Below, one piece after another: positions 48,799 to 58,572 of a stretch of 64,000 nt of DNA (the first letter of the stretch is position 1; each line of letters opens with the position of its first letter). Origin of the DNA: Arenicellales bacterium. Lineage in GTDB: Bacteria > Pseudomonadota > Gammaproteobacteria > Arenicellales > JAJDZL01. The notes under the pieces were generated by a model. It did not search any database. It was not told where the DNA came from and was given only the letters and a program-made list of their open reading frames with translations. The translations under genes and the position numbers were made by a program. The stretch lies in NCBI GenBank assembly GCA_965203865.1, contig OZ241916.1:1109209-1173208 (forward strand), written 5' to 3'.

Positions 48799-49671
48799 CT
48801 AATACAGGCGAAACAGAGCACTATGGTCCAGCTCGCCATCGCCTTTACGTATTAATTCTTCATACAAGTTCCGGCAAAGCTCGGTGCAGGGGACTTTAGT
48901 TCCACAGGATTGAGCAAAGGCAATCGCCTGGTCTAGATCTTTGTGCTGTGTTATTGCCTTGCCGCCCGGAGTGAAGTTGGCTTCTATCATTCGCCTGCCA
49001 TGTACGCTCAAGACTTTGGAAGAAGCAAATCCACCAGATAATGCACTCCAAACTTTTTCCAGGTCAGCACCGCCGTCGCGAGCTAGAGCAAACGCTTCGG
49101 AAATTGCTCCAATTGTTAATCCAACAACGATTTGATTGGCCGCCTTCGCAATCTGACCCGCACCAACTTTTCCAATATGATTGATATTTTCCCCCAGAAC
49201 ACGAAAAATCGGAACAGCTTTGTCAATCGCATCATTAGCGCCGCCAAACATAATTGACAGTGTCCCATTTTCCGCTCCCTGTTGACCGCCTGATACAGGT
49301 GCATCAATGTAGTCAACGCCCGATAGTTCCAATTTTCTTGCAAAGATACGAGTCTCTTGTACTGCTGTGGTCCCCATATCAATCAGTAATGTGTCTGGTT
49401 TGGCACCAGACAAGAAACCGTTGCTGCCAAAAAGGACTTCTTCTAAAGCAATCGTATCAGACACCATGCAAATGGTAATGCTGCAAGACTGAGCTACGTT
49501 TGCAGGAGAATTGGCTATTTTTGCACCAAGTTTTGAAAGTTCCGTTGATGGCTGTAGACTCCGGTTGAAGACTGTTAGATTGGCACCGGCATTGAGCAGG
49601 TTTAAAGCCATTGGCTTCCCCATCAATCCCAAACCAATAAAGCCGATTTTGCAATTATTCAAAGTTTCCAT
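48799..49671 (-). CDS. NAD(P)-dependent beta-hydroxyacid dehydrogenase (2-hydroxy-3-oxopropionate reductase-like)
   Basis: GFIGLGLMG, DAPVSGG, GQIAKAANQ, KDL. Confidence 0.88.
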   Translation of the reverse strand: METLNNCKIGFIGLGLMGKPMALNLLNAGANLTVFNRSLQPSTELSKLGAKIANSPANVAQSCSITICMVSDTIALEEVLFGSNGFLSGAKPDTLLIDMGTTAVQETRIFARKLELSGVDYIDAPVSGGQQGAENGTLSIMFGGANDAIDKAVPIFRVLGENINHIGKVGAGQIAKAANQIVVGLTIGAISEAFALARDGGADLEKVWSALSGGFASSKVLSVHGRRMIEANFTPGGKAITQHKDLDQAIAFAQSCGTKVPCTELCRNLYEELIRKGDGELDHSALFRLY

Positions 49672-50016
49672 TGCTACTAGTGTTGAAGTTTATGCAAATT
49701 TCACCAAAATTAGGCTAGGTCAATTACGTATGATACTGTCTTCACGGCAGAATTCGTTTCCATAATTAAAAATTTTCAATTTGCTTGCTAAAATTGGCAT
49801 TCTGAAACTATCTACAAGTCGTTTGAGGGTCAAACGAAACCATAATGAGAATTGTGATGTCGATTTTGCAAGACAATTCGTTTACTTTGTTACAGTGAAA
49901 GTTTTTGCTATTGCTTCTGTCTTCAAGTATTGATACGAGTAGAACGAAGCAGAAACCCGGGCCGGCATAATAAATTTTGTTTTAATTTAATTGATTTTGT
50001 GTAAAGCAGAACTTCA

Positions 50017-51135
50017 ATGATCAAGTTTTCAGTAGACTCCACGCACGGTGCAGCTCGTCGCGGTCGTATTCAACTGCCAAGAGGTACAATTGAAACTCCT
50101 GTTTTCATGCCTGTGGGCACTTTGGGTGCAGTAAAAGCGATTGACCCCGAAGACTTGGCTCAAATGGATACAAGAATCATACTTGGCAACACTTTTCATC
50201 TTTCACTGCGACCCGGTGTGGACGTAATAGAGAATCATGGCGGTTTGCATCAGTTCATGGGGTGGGACAAGCCGATTTTAACTGACTCTGGCGGGTTTCA
50301 GGTTTGGAGTTTTTCAGAAAATCGTAAATTGAATGAAAGCGGTGTTACTTTCCGTTCGCCTGTTGATGGTAGTAAAGTCTTTATGGGACCAGAGGAATCA
50401 ATGCATGTGCAGCACATTCTCCAGTCGGACATTGCAATGATTTTTGATGACTGTACAAAATATCCTGTTGAGAAGTCAGAAGCGCGAAAATCAATGGAAT
50501 TAACCGCACGGTGGGCATTGCGGTCGAAGAAAGCTTATGAGGGGCCGGGGGCTCTGTTCGGGATTGTTCAAGGCGGCATGTATGAGGACCTTCGTCAAGA
50601 GTCGCTGGATAGATTGATTCAGATCGGGTTCGAAGGGTATGCAGTAGGTGGATTGTCAGTGGGTGAGCCCAAGGGTGAGATGCAAAGAATCTTGGCCAGC
50701 ATTGTTTGTAAAATGCCCCGAGATAAACCTCGCTATTTGATGGGAGTTGGTACACCCGAAGACATAGTCTATGGAGTTTCACAGGGAATCGACATGTTCG
50801 ATTGCGTATTGCCAACAAGAAACGCACGTAACGGATGGTTGTACACTTCAAACGGGGTTGTCAAAATACGCAATTCCAGATACAAGGATGATTTGCGTCC
50901 GGTTGACATCAATTGCAGTTGCACTTGCTGCAGTCGCTTTAGCCGGTCGTATCTTCGCCATTTGTATCAAATAAATGAACCGCAAGTAAACCGCCTATGC
51001 ACGATTCATAATTTGTACTATTATGCAAACCTGATGAATGACATTCGGAAATCAATAGAAACAAATACATATAATGAATTCTGTCTTGCCTTCAATAAGC
51101 AGATGACCAATGATGCCGATGATACTAGTGATTGA
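50017..51135 (+). CDS. tgt: tRNA-guanine transglycosylase
   Basis: [35 protein letters not shown], CxCxxC/H Zn site. Confidence 0.97.
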   Translation: MIKFSVDSTHGAARRGRIQLPRGTIETPVFMPVGTLGAVKAIDPEDLAQMDTRIILGNTFHLSLRPGVDVIENHGGLHQFMGWDKPILTDSGGFQVWSFSENRKLNESGVTFRSPVDGSKVFMGPEESMHVQHILQSDIAMIFDDCTKYPVEKSEARKSMELTARWALRSKKAYEGPGALFGIVQGGMYEDLRQESLDRLIQIGFEGYAVGGLSVGEPKGEMQRILASIVCKMPRDKPRYLMGVGTPEDIVYGVSQGIDMFDCVLPTRNARNGWLYTSNGVVKIRNSRYKDDLRPVDINCSCTCCSRFSRSYLRHLYQINEPQVNRLCTIHNLYYYANLMNDIRKSIETNTYNEFCLAFNKQMTNDADDTSD

Positions 51136-51222
51136 TATTGCAAATATGAAATCAAAGCGAAATTGCTTATATGGTATTATTTAGCATTCATATTTAACAC
51201 TGTTTACAGGGAAATTTAATCT

Positions 51223-51603
51223 ATGAGTTATTTTGTATCTGATGCTATGGCACAAGCAGGCGATGCAGGCGGCAGCGGCTTGCTCAGTTTGTTACCGCTG
51301 ATTCTGATTTTCGTGTTGTTTTACTTCTTGCTGATTCGCCCGCAACAGAAAAAAGCCAAGCAGCATAAGGAAATGGTAGCTAATCTTCGGAAAGGCGATG
51401 AAGTGGTAACCAACGGGGGCACTCTCGGTGTAATCAAGGCACTGGACAATAACTTTGTAAATCTTGAGGTTGCTCAAGATGTGGTCGTCAAGGTTCAACG
51501 ACCTGCTATTGCGCAACTGGTTGTCATGCCTGAAGGTACTCAGGTCACGGGCGACGACTCAGGTCCAAAGAAGAAGAAAAAAAGCAAGGGCATGACCACT
51601 TGA
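51223..51603 (+). CDS. yajC: Preprotein translocase subunit YajC
   Basis: FYFLLIRPQQKK, KGDEVVTNGG. Confidence 0.95.
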   Translation: MSYFVSDAMAQAGDAGGSGLLSLLPLILIFVLFYFLLIRPQQKKAKQHKEMVANLRKGDEVVTNGGTLGVIKALDNNFVNLEVAQDVVVKVQRPAIAQLVVMPEGTQVTGDDSGPKKKKKSKGMTT

Positions 51604-51680
51604 TTGCCAAAGGGTGCCAATCAACACTCCTGCAATATCAATATCACGCATAAAGCCATTAGAACTTTATTTTTCTATCG

Positions 51681-53567
51681 ATGTTAAACCAAAATTCCTG
51701 GTGGAGATATTTGGTTCTTGGCGCGGTTCTGGTGCCCGGGCTGTTTTATGCATTGCCGAATATCTTTGGAGACAATCCTGGCGTGCAAATCAGGGCAGCC
51801 CGTACAACTGCTGCGGATACGCAGTTGTTTGATCGGGTGCAGGGGGTTCTCAATAATGAAAGCGTCGAACCACTCGGCATCACGCTAGGAGAAAATGGAG
51901 TACGCGTAAGACTGGCAACCACAGAAGACCAGCTTAAAGCACGTGATGTGCTTCAGCAAGAACTGGGTCGAGGTTACACAACAGCGTTGACGCTTCTCCC
52001 TTCCACTCCCGAGTGGTTCGAGAGGTTAGGGGCAGCGCCAATGTATTTAGGGCTTGACTTGAGGGGCGGGGTGCATTTTTTGATGGAAGTGGATTTGGAA
52101 AGTGCACTTGTGAGAGCCGAAGACCGTTATGTCGACACACTGCGCAGCACTTTGCGCGAGCAGCAGGTCCGGTATATATATGTTCGTCGTTCTGATAGCG
52201 GCGGTATTGAAGTCAAGTTCAGAGACGATGAGAATCGCCAAAAGGCCGAAGACATAATCTCCGAAGAGTTGCGAGAGTTGAACATTGTAAATATCGAGAG
52301 AGATGGCGAGCTATACATTCGCATTGATATTGGCGAAGACGTTTTAGAGGAGTTGGAACAATTCGCAGTGGAACAGAACATGGTTGCACTGAGAAATAGA
52401 ATTGATGAATTGGGTGTCGCAGAACCGGTAGTCCAGAAACAGGGGGACAATCGAATTGTTATTCAACTTCCCGGCGTGCAGGATACGGCAAGAGCGAAGC
52501 GCATTCTGGGCAGAACTGCCACGCTGGAGATACACCTGGTTAACGAGGACCACGACCTTGACACCGCATTAAGCGGAGCGGTTCCGCCGGGTTCGAGGAT
52601 TTACTATATGCGCGACGGGAGCCCAATACTGCTGCAAAAGCGTATTGTTTATTCGGGGGACAACATAGTTGATGCAGCCGCAAGCCTTGACACACAAACC
52701 GGCGGGCCCATAGTGACACTGTCTCTTGATGCACGTGGTGCATCGATTAACCAGAGAGTGACGGGTGAAAATGTTGGTCGCCGCATGGGAGTTGTCTATA
52801 TTGAATCGCGTTCGGAAGTCAAGCGCAACGAAGATGGCAATGCTGTATTGGACGAGTCCGGCAATCCTGTAAGGACTAAGCAGCTGATTGAGGAAGTGAT
52901 TACAGCCCCGGTAATTCGGGAGCAACTGGGAAGGAGATTTCAGATAGAAGGACTGGATAGCGTGACAGAAGCCCGCGATTTGGCATTGCTGCTGCGCGCG
53001 GGTGCATTGGCCGCTCCAATAGATATAGTGGAAGAGAGAACTGTTGGTCCAAGCCTTGGTCAGCAGAATATCCTGCAAGGATTGCGGTCGGTAATTGTTG
53101 GCTTTGTATTGGTTTTGGGGTTTATGATTTTTTACTACCGGCTATTCGGAATTGTAGCCAACATTGCTCTTGCCTTGAATCTTGTACTCATTGTAGCTGC
53201 GCTGTCTTTGCTTCAGGCGACTTTAACATTACCGGGTGTTGCGGGAATTGTGCTGACTGTAGGTATCGCTGTAGATTCCAACGTATTGATATTTGAGCGT
53301 ATAAGAGAGGAGTTGCGAAATCGGAATACCCCTCAGACTAGTATTCATGTCGGCTACGACCGTGCGTTTTCTACAATTGTAGATGCAAACATAACCACTT
53401 TGATCGCAGCAATAGTTCTGTTCAACTTTGGCACCGGCCCTATCAAGGGGTTTGCAGTAACACTCAGTATTGGAATCTTGATGTCAATGTTTACAGCAAT
53501 CCTGGGAACGCGAGTCGTGGTGAATTTGATTTACGGTGGAAGGCGAGTTTCGAAGCTTGCAATTTAA
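51681..53567 (+). CDS. secD: Protein translocase subunit SecD
   Basis: LGLDLRGGVHF, RIDELGVAEP, VGPSLG, DANITTLI, GPIKGFA. Confidence 0.97.
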   Translation: MLNQNSWWRYLVLGAVLVPGLFYALPNIFGDNPGVQIRAARTTAADTQLFDRVQGVLNNESVEPLGITLGENGVRVRLATTEDQLKARDVLQQELGRGYTTALTLLPSTPEWFERLGAAPMYLGLDLRGGVHFLMEVDLESALVRAEDRYVDTLRSTLREQQVRYIYVRRSDSGGIEVKFRDDENRQKAEDIISEELRELNIVNIERDGELYIRIDIGEDVLEELEQFAVEQNMVALRNRIDELGVAEPVVQKQGDNRIVIQLPGVQDTARAKRILGRTATLEIHLVNEDHDLDTALSGAVPPGSRIYYMRDGSPILLQKRIVYSGDNIVDAAASLDTQTGGPIVTLSLDARGASINQRVTGENVGRRMGVVYIESRSEVKRNEDGNAVLDESGNPVRTKQLIEEVITAPVIREQLGRRFQIEGLDSVTEARDLALLLRAGALAAPIDIVEERTVGPSLGQQNILQGLRSVIVGFVLVLGFMIFYYRLFGIVANIALALNLVLIVAALSLLQATLTLPGVAGIVLTVGIAVDSNVLIFERIREELRNRNTPQTSIHVGYDRAFSTIVDANITTLIAAIVLFNFGTGPIKGFAVTLSIGILMSMFTAILGTRVVVNLIYGGRRVSKLAI

Positions 53568-53579
53568 GGTTGGCAAATA

Positions 53580-54566
53580 ATGGAAATATTTCGTAAAGAA
53601 ACAAATTTCGACTTTCTGGCAAAGCGGAAAATAGCCGCTATTTGTTCGTGCTTGGTTATCGCGGCGGGGCTTGCTTCAATTGTTATGCAAGGCATAAACT
53701 GGGGACTTGATTTTACTGGTGGCACGCTGGTTGAAGTGCGTTATGAAGAACCTGTAAGTGTGGAGGTGGTGCGAGAGCAACTTGAAGATTCCGGTGTGGG
53801 CGGTGTAACGGTTCAATATTTCGGGACCAGCCGCGATGTAATGATTCGCGTGCCGACAGACTTGGAATCGGGCAATGCTGCAAGCATTAGCACAAGAATT
53901 GTTGAGGAGTTGCGAATCCCGTTCGGAGAAATACTCACCGAATCACGCGAAGGTGGCTTGCAGTTGTGCGAAGGACAGGATTCAACCATTTCAAACTGTC
54001 AGATACAAATGCGCAGGGTTGAGTTTGTGGGGCCGAAGGTTGGACAGGAACTCACCGAAAAAGGCGGTTTGGCAATGATATACGCACTGATCGGAATATT
54101 GATCTATGTCGCATGGCGATTCGAATGGAGATTTGCTATTGGAGCCGTTGTAGCCTTGGTGCACGATGTTGTATTGACAATCGGCCTGTTTTCAATTCTT
54201 CAATTGGAGTTTTCCCTGGCTGTACTGGCAGCAATACTTGCCGTCATTGGATACTCGTTAAACGACACCATTGTGGTATTTGACAGAATTCGGGAAAACT
54301 TCCGCAAAAGGCGAAAGGGAGAATCTGTTGACATTATGAACCGCTCAATCAACCAGACTCTACGCCGTACAGTGTTGACATCGCTAACAACATTGCTTGT
54401 AGTTCTGACTCTGCTGTTATTTGGCGGAGAGGTGATTCGCGGTTTTTCATTTGCATTGTTGATTGGTGTTATCGTAGGTACTTATTCGTCAATATTTATT
54501 GCAAGCCCCGCGGTGCTGGTACTTGGACTGTCCCATCAGGACTTGGCGGTCTCTCAGGAAGCTTGA
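53580..54566 (+). CDS. secF: Protein translocase subunit SecF
   Basis: GLDFTGG, GYSLNDTIVVFDRIRE, GTYSSIFIA. Confidence 0.97.
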   Translation: MEIFRKETNFDFLAKRKIAAICSCLVIAAGLASIVMQGINWGLDFTGGTLVEVRYEEPVSVEVVREQLEDSGVGGVTVQYFGTSRDVMIRVPTDLESGNAASISTRIVEELRIPFGEILTESREGGLQLCEGQDSTISNCQIQMRRVEFVGPKVGQELTEKGGLAMIYALIGILIYVAWRFEWRFAIGAVVALVHDVVLTIGLFSILQLEFSLAVLAAILAVIGYSLNDTIVVFDRIRENFRKRRKGESVDIMNRSINQTLRRTVLTSLTTLLVVLTLLLFGGEVIRGFSFALLIGVIVGTYSSIFIASPAVLVLGLSHQDLAVSQEA

Positions 54567-54628
54567 CTTGACCTGAGTTCTTGTGGCGCTTGTGGCGGGC
54601 TCGGTATTTTTAATTATGGATATTCCCC

Positions 54629-55159
54629 GTGTACTGCCCTTTTTGTGAAAACCCAAATACCAATGTCGTTGACTCCAGGGTGTCGAAACGGGGATACAGA
54701 CGGCGAAGACGGGAGTGTGCGGAATGCGGCGGCAAGTTTGTTACGGAAGAATTTATTCGAACCGTTTTACCAAGGGTGATAAAAGCTGATAAGTCACTTG
54801 AACCGTTCGACGGGAGAAAACTTAGAAGCGGTATTGAGCGGGCACTCCACAAGAGACCAGTAGAAATCAGTGAAATTGACGATATGCTTGAGAGGATACA
54901 ACAAGATTTACGCAGTCGAGCCCAAGACAAAGTTCGTTCTTCAGAAATTTGTGAAATGGTGATGCATTGTCTTGGTGCCATTGACCCCGTGGCGTATATT
55001 CGCTTTGCTTCTGCCCATAGGAAGTTCGCCGAATTCAAACACGGTACTGGTGGACCGGAAATTCCGCTTGGGTCGTTGAATTCAGAGTCAAAGCAAAGCC
55101 AACCGGAACTTTTGCTATCTTTTCACCATGACGAATCAGAGGATGCAGAAGAAGAATAG
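54629..55159 (+). CDS. nrdR: Transcriptional repressor NrdR
   Basis: CPFC, VVDSR, RRRRECAEC, ATP cone, VAYIRFAS. Confidence 0.92.
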   Translation: MYCPFCENPNTNVVDSRVSKRGYRRRRRECAECGGKFVTEEFIRTVLPRVIKADKSLEPFDGRKLRSGIERALHKRPVEISEIDDMLERIQQDLRSRAQDKVRSSEICEMVMHCLGAIDPVAYIRFASAHRKFAEFKHGTGGPEIPLGSLNSESKQSQPELLLSFHHDESEDAEEE

Positions 55160-56289
55160 TGGTTGCATTGGCAATGAATCAGGAAGTCTATTCAGAGGCA
55201 GATTGCTCGCATATGAAGCGGGCAATTGATTTGTCTCGAATTCCTGTACCTGCTCCCCATCCTAACCCGCGAGTGGGATGCGTAGTAACACAGGATGGCA
55301 AAGTGGTTGGTGAAGGGTATCATCAAAGAGCCGGTGAACCACACGCTGAAGTGAATGCATTGCGGTCTATTGCAAGCAACATTAAACCCAGCGAAATGTA
55401 TGTAACCTTGGAACCCTGCACTATATCCGGGAGAACTCCCCCCTGCGTCGATACTGTAGTAGCCTCCGGAGTGAAAAGAGTGGTCGTAAGTTGTGCTGAC
55501 CCGAATCCGTATGTAAATGGATATGGTATAGCAAAGTTAAGGGATTCGGGAGTAAAAGTAGATGTTGGATTATTTTCTGATTTGGCACGCGATACAAATC
55601 GGGGGTATTTTTCTCGTCATGAGGCAGGTCGGCCCTGGATTACAGTGAAAGTTGCAGCAAGTCTGGATGGACGCGTGGCAATGCCGTCGGGTGAAAGCCA
55701 ATGGGTTACCGGCGCTGCTTCCCGAAATGATGTACAGAGGTTGCGCGCAGGTTGCGACGCTATTTTGACCGGTTCAGGAACTGTGACCGCAGATAATCCG
55801 CGTCTGACCTGTCGATTGGATGGTGTTGAGCATTATCCAGCCCGAATTGTAGTTGATAGTCGACTTTCCATTTCAGAAGATGCATTACTGTTTCGGACGG
55901 AAGGAGAGCTTATTATTGCAACAACTCAAAAAGCAAGCATTGAAAACAAACGCATGCTTGAAAAAAAAGCAACGATACTGGATTTCCCAATAGTGTCGGG
56001 CGGGGTTGATTGCGTTGCCTTGATGAATTTGCTGGCAGAGCGTGAAATCAATCATGTTCTGGTCGAAGCAGGGCCGAAGCTGTTAGGTAGCCTGATAAAG
56101 GATAAATTGGTAGATGAATTTGTACTTTATGTGTCTCCCTCTCTATTGGGCGACTGTGCAATGGGAATGGTTTCAATTCAAGGAATTGAAAAACTTGAAC
56201 AAAGAGTTCATTTGAAAATTACTCAGGTGGAAATGATTGATTCTGACCTTCGAATCATGGCCAGAATGATTCAAGAACAATTTGGATGA
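55159..56289 (+). CDS. ribD: Riboflavin biosynthesis deaminase/reductase
   Basis: PNPRVGCV, HAEVNA, TLEPC..GRTPPC, ASLDGR, VEAG. Confidence 0.95.
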   Translation: MVALAMNQEVYSEADCSHMKRAIDLSRIPVPAPHPNPRVGCVVTQDGKVVGEGYHQRAGEPHAEVNALRSIASNIKPSEMYVTLEPCTISGRTPPCVDTVVASGVKRVVVSCADPNPYVNGYGIAKLRDSGVKVDVGLFSDLARDTNRGYFSRHEAGRPWITVKVAASLDGRVAMPSGESQWVTGAASRNDVQRLRAGCDAILTGSGTVTADNPRLTCRLDGVEHYPARIVVDSRLSISEDALLFRTEGELIIATTQKASIENKRMLEKKATILDFPIVSGGVDCVALMNLLAEREINHVLVEAGPKLLGSLIKDKLVDEFVLYVSPSLLGDCAMGMVSIQGIEKLEQRVHLKITQVEMIDSDLRIMARMIQEQFG

Positions 56290-56298
56290 TTATGTAAC

Positions 56299-56913
56299 AT
56301 GTTTTCTGGAATCATAGAAGCGAGTGGTGTAATTAAGGGCATAAGCAGCACCTCTGACGGGCTTCGGGTAAATATTGTATCGGAATATATTAATCCAGAG
56401 TTGCTCCGAGCCGGTGATAGTATTGCTGTAAGCGGCGTTTGCCTGACAATTGTGGAGTGTATGGCCGGGGAATTTGATGCTGATGTATCCAACGAAACAG
56501 CTTTTTGTACCAACTTTGCCAGCTACAGAGTTGGTACGTTGGTGAATTTGGAAAAGCCCATTACCATGGAAACTGCATTAAACGGACATATTGTTTCCGG
56601 TCATGTAGATGCTGCCGCTCGCTGTATTTCATGTGAACGCGATGGAACCTCAATTCGACTTGTACTGGAAGTCGGTAGAGAAATAGGGCGATTTCTGGCA
56701 GTGAAAGGTTCGGTGGCAGTGGATGGTGTAAGTATGACGGTAAACGAAGTATCGGAGGCGGGTGATTCCACGCGTTTTTCCGTTAATGTGATTCCCTATA
56801 CACAGCAAGTAACAACACTAGGAAAAATAAATGCAGGTGATAATGTACACGTTGAAGTTGATATGCTGGCAAGATACGTTGACCGACTTCTTTCATCAAT
56901 GCAACAAGTGTAA
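56299..56913 (+). CDS. ribE: Riboflavin synthase alpha chain
   Basis: MFSGII, GDSIAVSGVCLT, GHIVSGHVD, KGSVAVDGVSMT. Confidence 0.93.
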   Translation: MFSGIIEASGVIKGISSTSDGLRVNIVSEYINPELLRAGDSIAVSGVCLTIVECMAGEFDADVSNETAFCTNFASYRVGTLVNLEKPITMETALNGHIVSGHVDAAARCISCERDGTSIRLVLEVGREIGRFLAVKGSVAVDGVSMTVNEVSEAGDSTRFSVNVIPYTQQVTTLGKINAGDNVHVEVDMLARYVDRLLSSMQQV

Positions 56914-56928
56914 TACGGGGAGAATTGC

Positions 56929-58080
56929 ATGACTCAAGTACCAAACACAATTGCGCTTTCTGATGTAAGCGATTCCATCATTGATCCCATAGAGTCAATT
57001 TTGGCAGAATTCAAGGCGGGTAAAATGGTTGTGCTTGTTGATGATGAAGGGCGCGAGAATGAAGGGGATTTGCTAATAGCTGCCGAGCGTGCAACCGCGG
57101 AAAGCATTAACTTTATGGCTACGTATGGACGTGGTTTAATCTGTCTCAGCTTGTCGGAGGAGCGATGCAAAAAATTGCAACTGCCGTTGATGACGAAAGA
57201 CAATAGATCCCCGTTTTCCACAGCGTTTACTGTATCCATAGAAGCGGCAAAAAATGTAACAACCGGAATATCAGCCGCAGACCGTGCAGAAACCATTCGA
57301 GTGGCTGTAGCTTCAGAGGCCACTGCGGATGACATAGTATCTCCTGGCCATATCTTTCCGATAATGGCTCAACCAGGTGGAGTGCTCACTCGAGCAGGGC
57401 ACACAGAAGCGGGAAACGACCTTGCAAGGTTGTGCGGGTTTGAGCCGGCCAGCGTACTTTGCGAAGTTTTGAATGCTGACGGTACTATGGCTCGCCTGAG
57501 CAATTTGGTGGAATTTTGCAAATTTCATGATATCAAGATTGGAACAATTGCTGATTTGGTTCGATATCGACTTGCAAATGAACCGACGGTGCATCGTGCG
57601 AGTGAAACAAGAGTTTTAACTGACTATGGTGAAATGAAAGCAATTGCGTATGTAGACGAAGTGCGCGGCGATACGCATTTGGCATTGGTTGCCGGGGAAG
57701 TTGACCCATCAATTCCGACAATGCTGCGAGTGCATGTTTTTACAGGTCTGTATGAAATAATCGACGCAGTGAGTCGTGCACATCCATGGTCGATTCGAAA
57801 TGCGCTTCAGACTATATCTTCCGAAGGTTGCGGCGCGGTCATCATACTTAACTATCGTCAAGGAAGCCGTGAACTGGTAGATTTAATTGATGGTTCGGGG
57901 CCCCAGTCGGAAATTGAAGGGGCAAACAATAGTTCCGATATGAGAATGTATGGCATTGGAAGCCAAATTGCTGCTGATATCGGTTTTGGGATGCTTCGAG
58001 TGCTCGGAACACCTGTGAAAATGTATGGTCTGTCAGGATTCGGCTTAGAGGTGGTAGAATACATTACTCAGCCAATTTAG
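56929..58080 (+). CDS. ribB: DHBP synthase RibB fused to a non-catalytic GTP cyclohydrolase II-like domain (RibBX type)
   Basis: DDEGRENEGDL, AFTVSIEA, PGHIFP, RAGHTEA; C-domain lacks the RibA Zn-binding cysteines. Confidence 0.9.
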   Translation: MTQVPNTIALSDVSDSIIDPIESILAEFKAGKMVVLVDDEGRENEGDLLIAAERATAESINFMATYGRGLICLSLSEERCKKLQLPLMTKDNRSPFSTAFTVSIEAAKNVTTGISAADRAETIRVAVASEATADDIVSPGHIFPIMAQPGGVLTRAGHTEAGNDLARLCGFEPASVLCEVLNADGTMARLSNLVEFCKFHDIKIGTIADLVRYRLANEPTVHRASETRVLTDYGEMKAIAYVDEVRGDTHLALVAGEVDPSIPTMLRVHVFTGLYEIIDAVSRAHPWSIRNALQTISSEGCGAVIILNYRQGSRELVDLIDGSGPQSEIEGANNSSDMRMYGIGSQIAADIGFGMLRVLGTPVKMYGLSGFGLEVVEYITQPI

Positions 58081-58096
58081 AAGGAAATTCCAAATT

Positions 58097-58564
58097 ATGC
58101 AAATAACAGAAGACAGGGCGGGCAATCCTGTTGTTTCCGTCGGAATCATCGCTAGTAGCTACAACAAGTCTATAACAGATGGGCTGTTGAAAGGTGCAAC
58201 CAAAGAACTAAAGCAGCATGAAGTTGATCAGCTTGATATCGTATGGGTGCCAGGAGCATTTGAAATTCCTGCAGTCGCTGCAACTATGGCAAACACAGAC
58301 CGTTATACTGCCTTGATTGCCTTGGGAAGCGTGATTCGCGGGGAAACTTCTCATTTCAACTACATCTCCGACCAATGCGCGGCAGGATTGATGCGTGTAA
58401 GCATTGAATTTGCACTGCCTGTCGGGTTTGGTGTGCTGACTGTTGATACCATGAAGCAAGCACAGGACCGGTCGAACCCTGACAATCGAAACAAGGGAGC
58501 GGAAGCTGCTGCTGCGATCATAGCTTCAATACATACAATATCTTATATTCGCTCAGTTGCCTGA
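58097..58564 (+). CDS. ribH: Lumazine synthase
   Basis: VPGAFEIP, LGSVIRGETSHF, NKGAEAA. Confidence 0.95.
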   Translation: MQITEDRAGNPVVSVGIIASSYNKSITDGLLKGATKELKQHEVDQLDIVWVPGAFEIPAVAATMANTDRYTALIALGSVIRGETSHFNYISDQCAAGLMRVSIEFALPVGFGVLTVDTMKQAQDRSNPDNRNKGAEAAAAIIASIHTISYIRSVA

Positions 58565-58572
58565 CAGGGGCA

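Noticed and set aside
56929-58080. Apparently inactivated RibA domain
   Set aside because: This is the known RibBX architecture, common in Proteobacteria.
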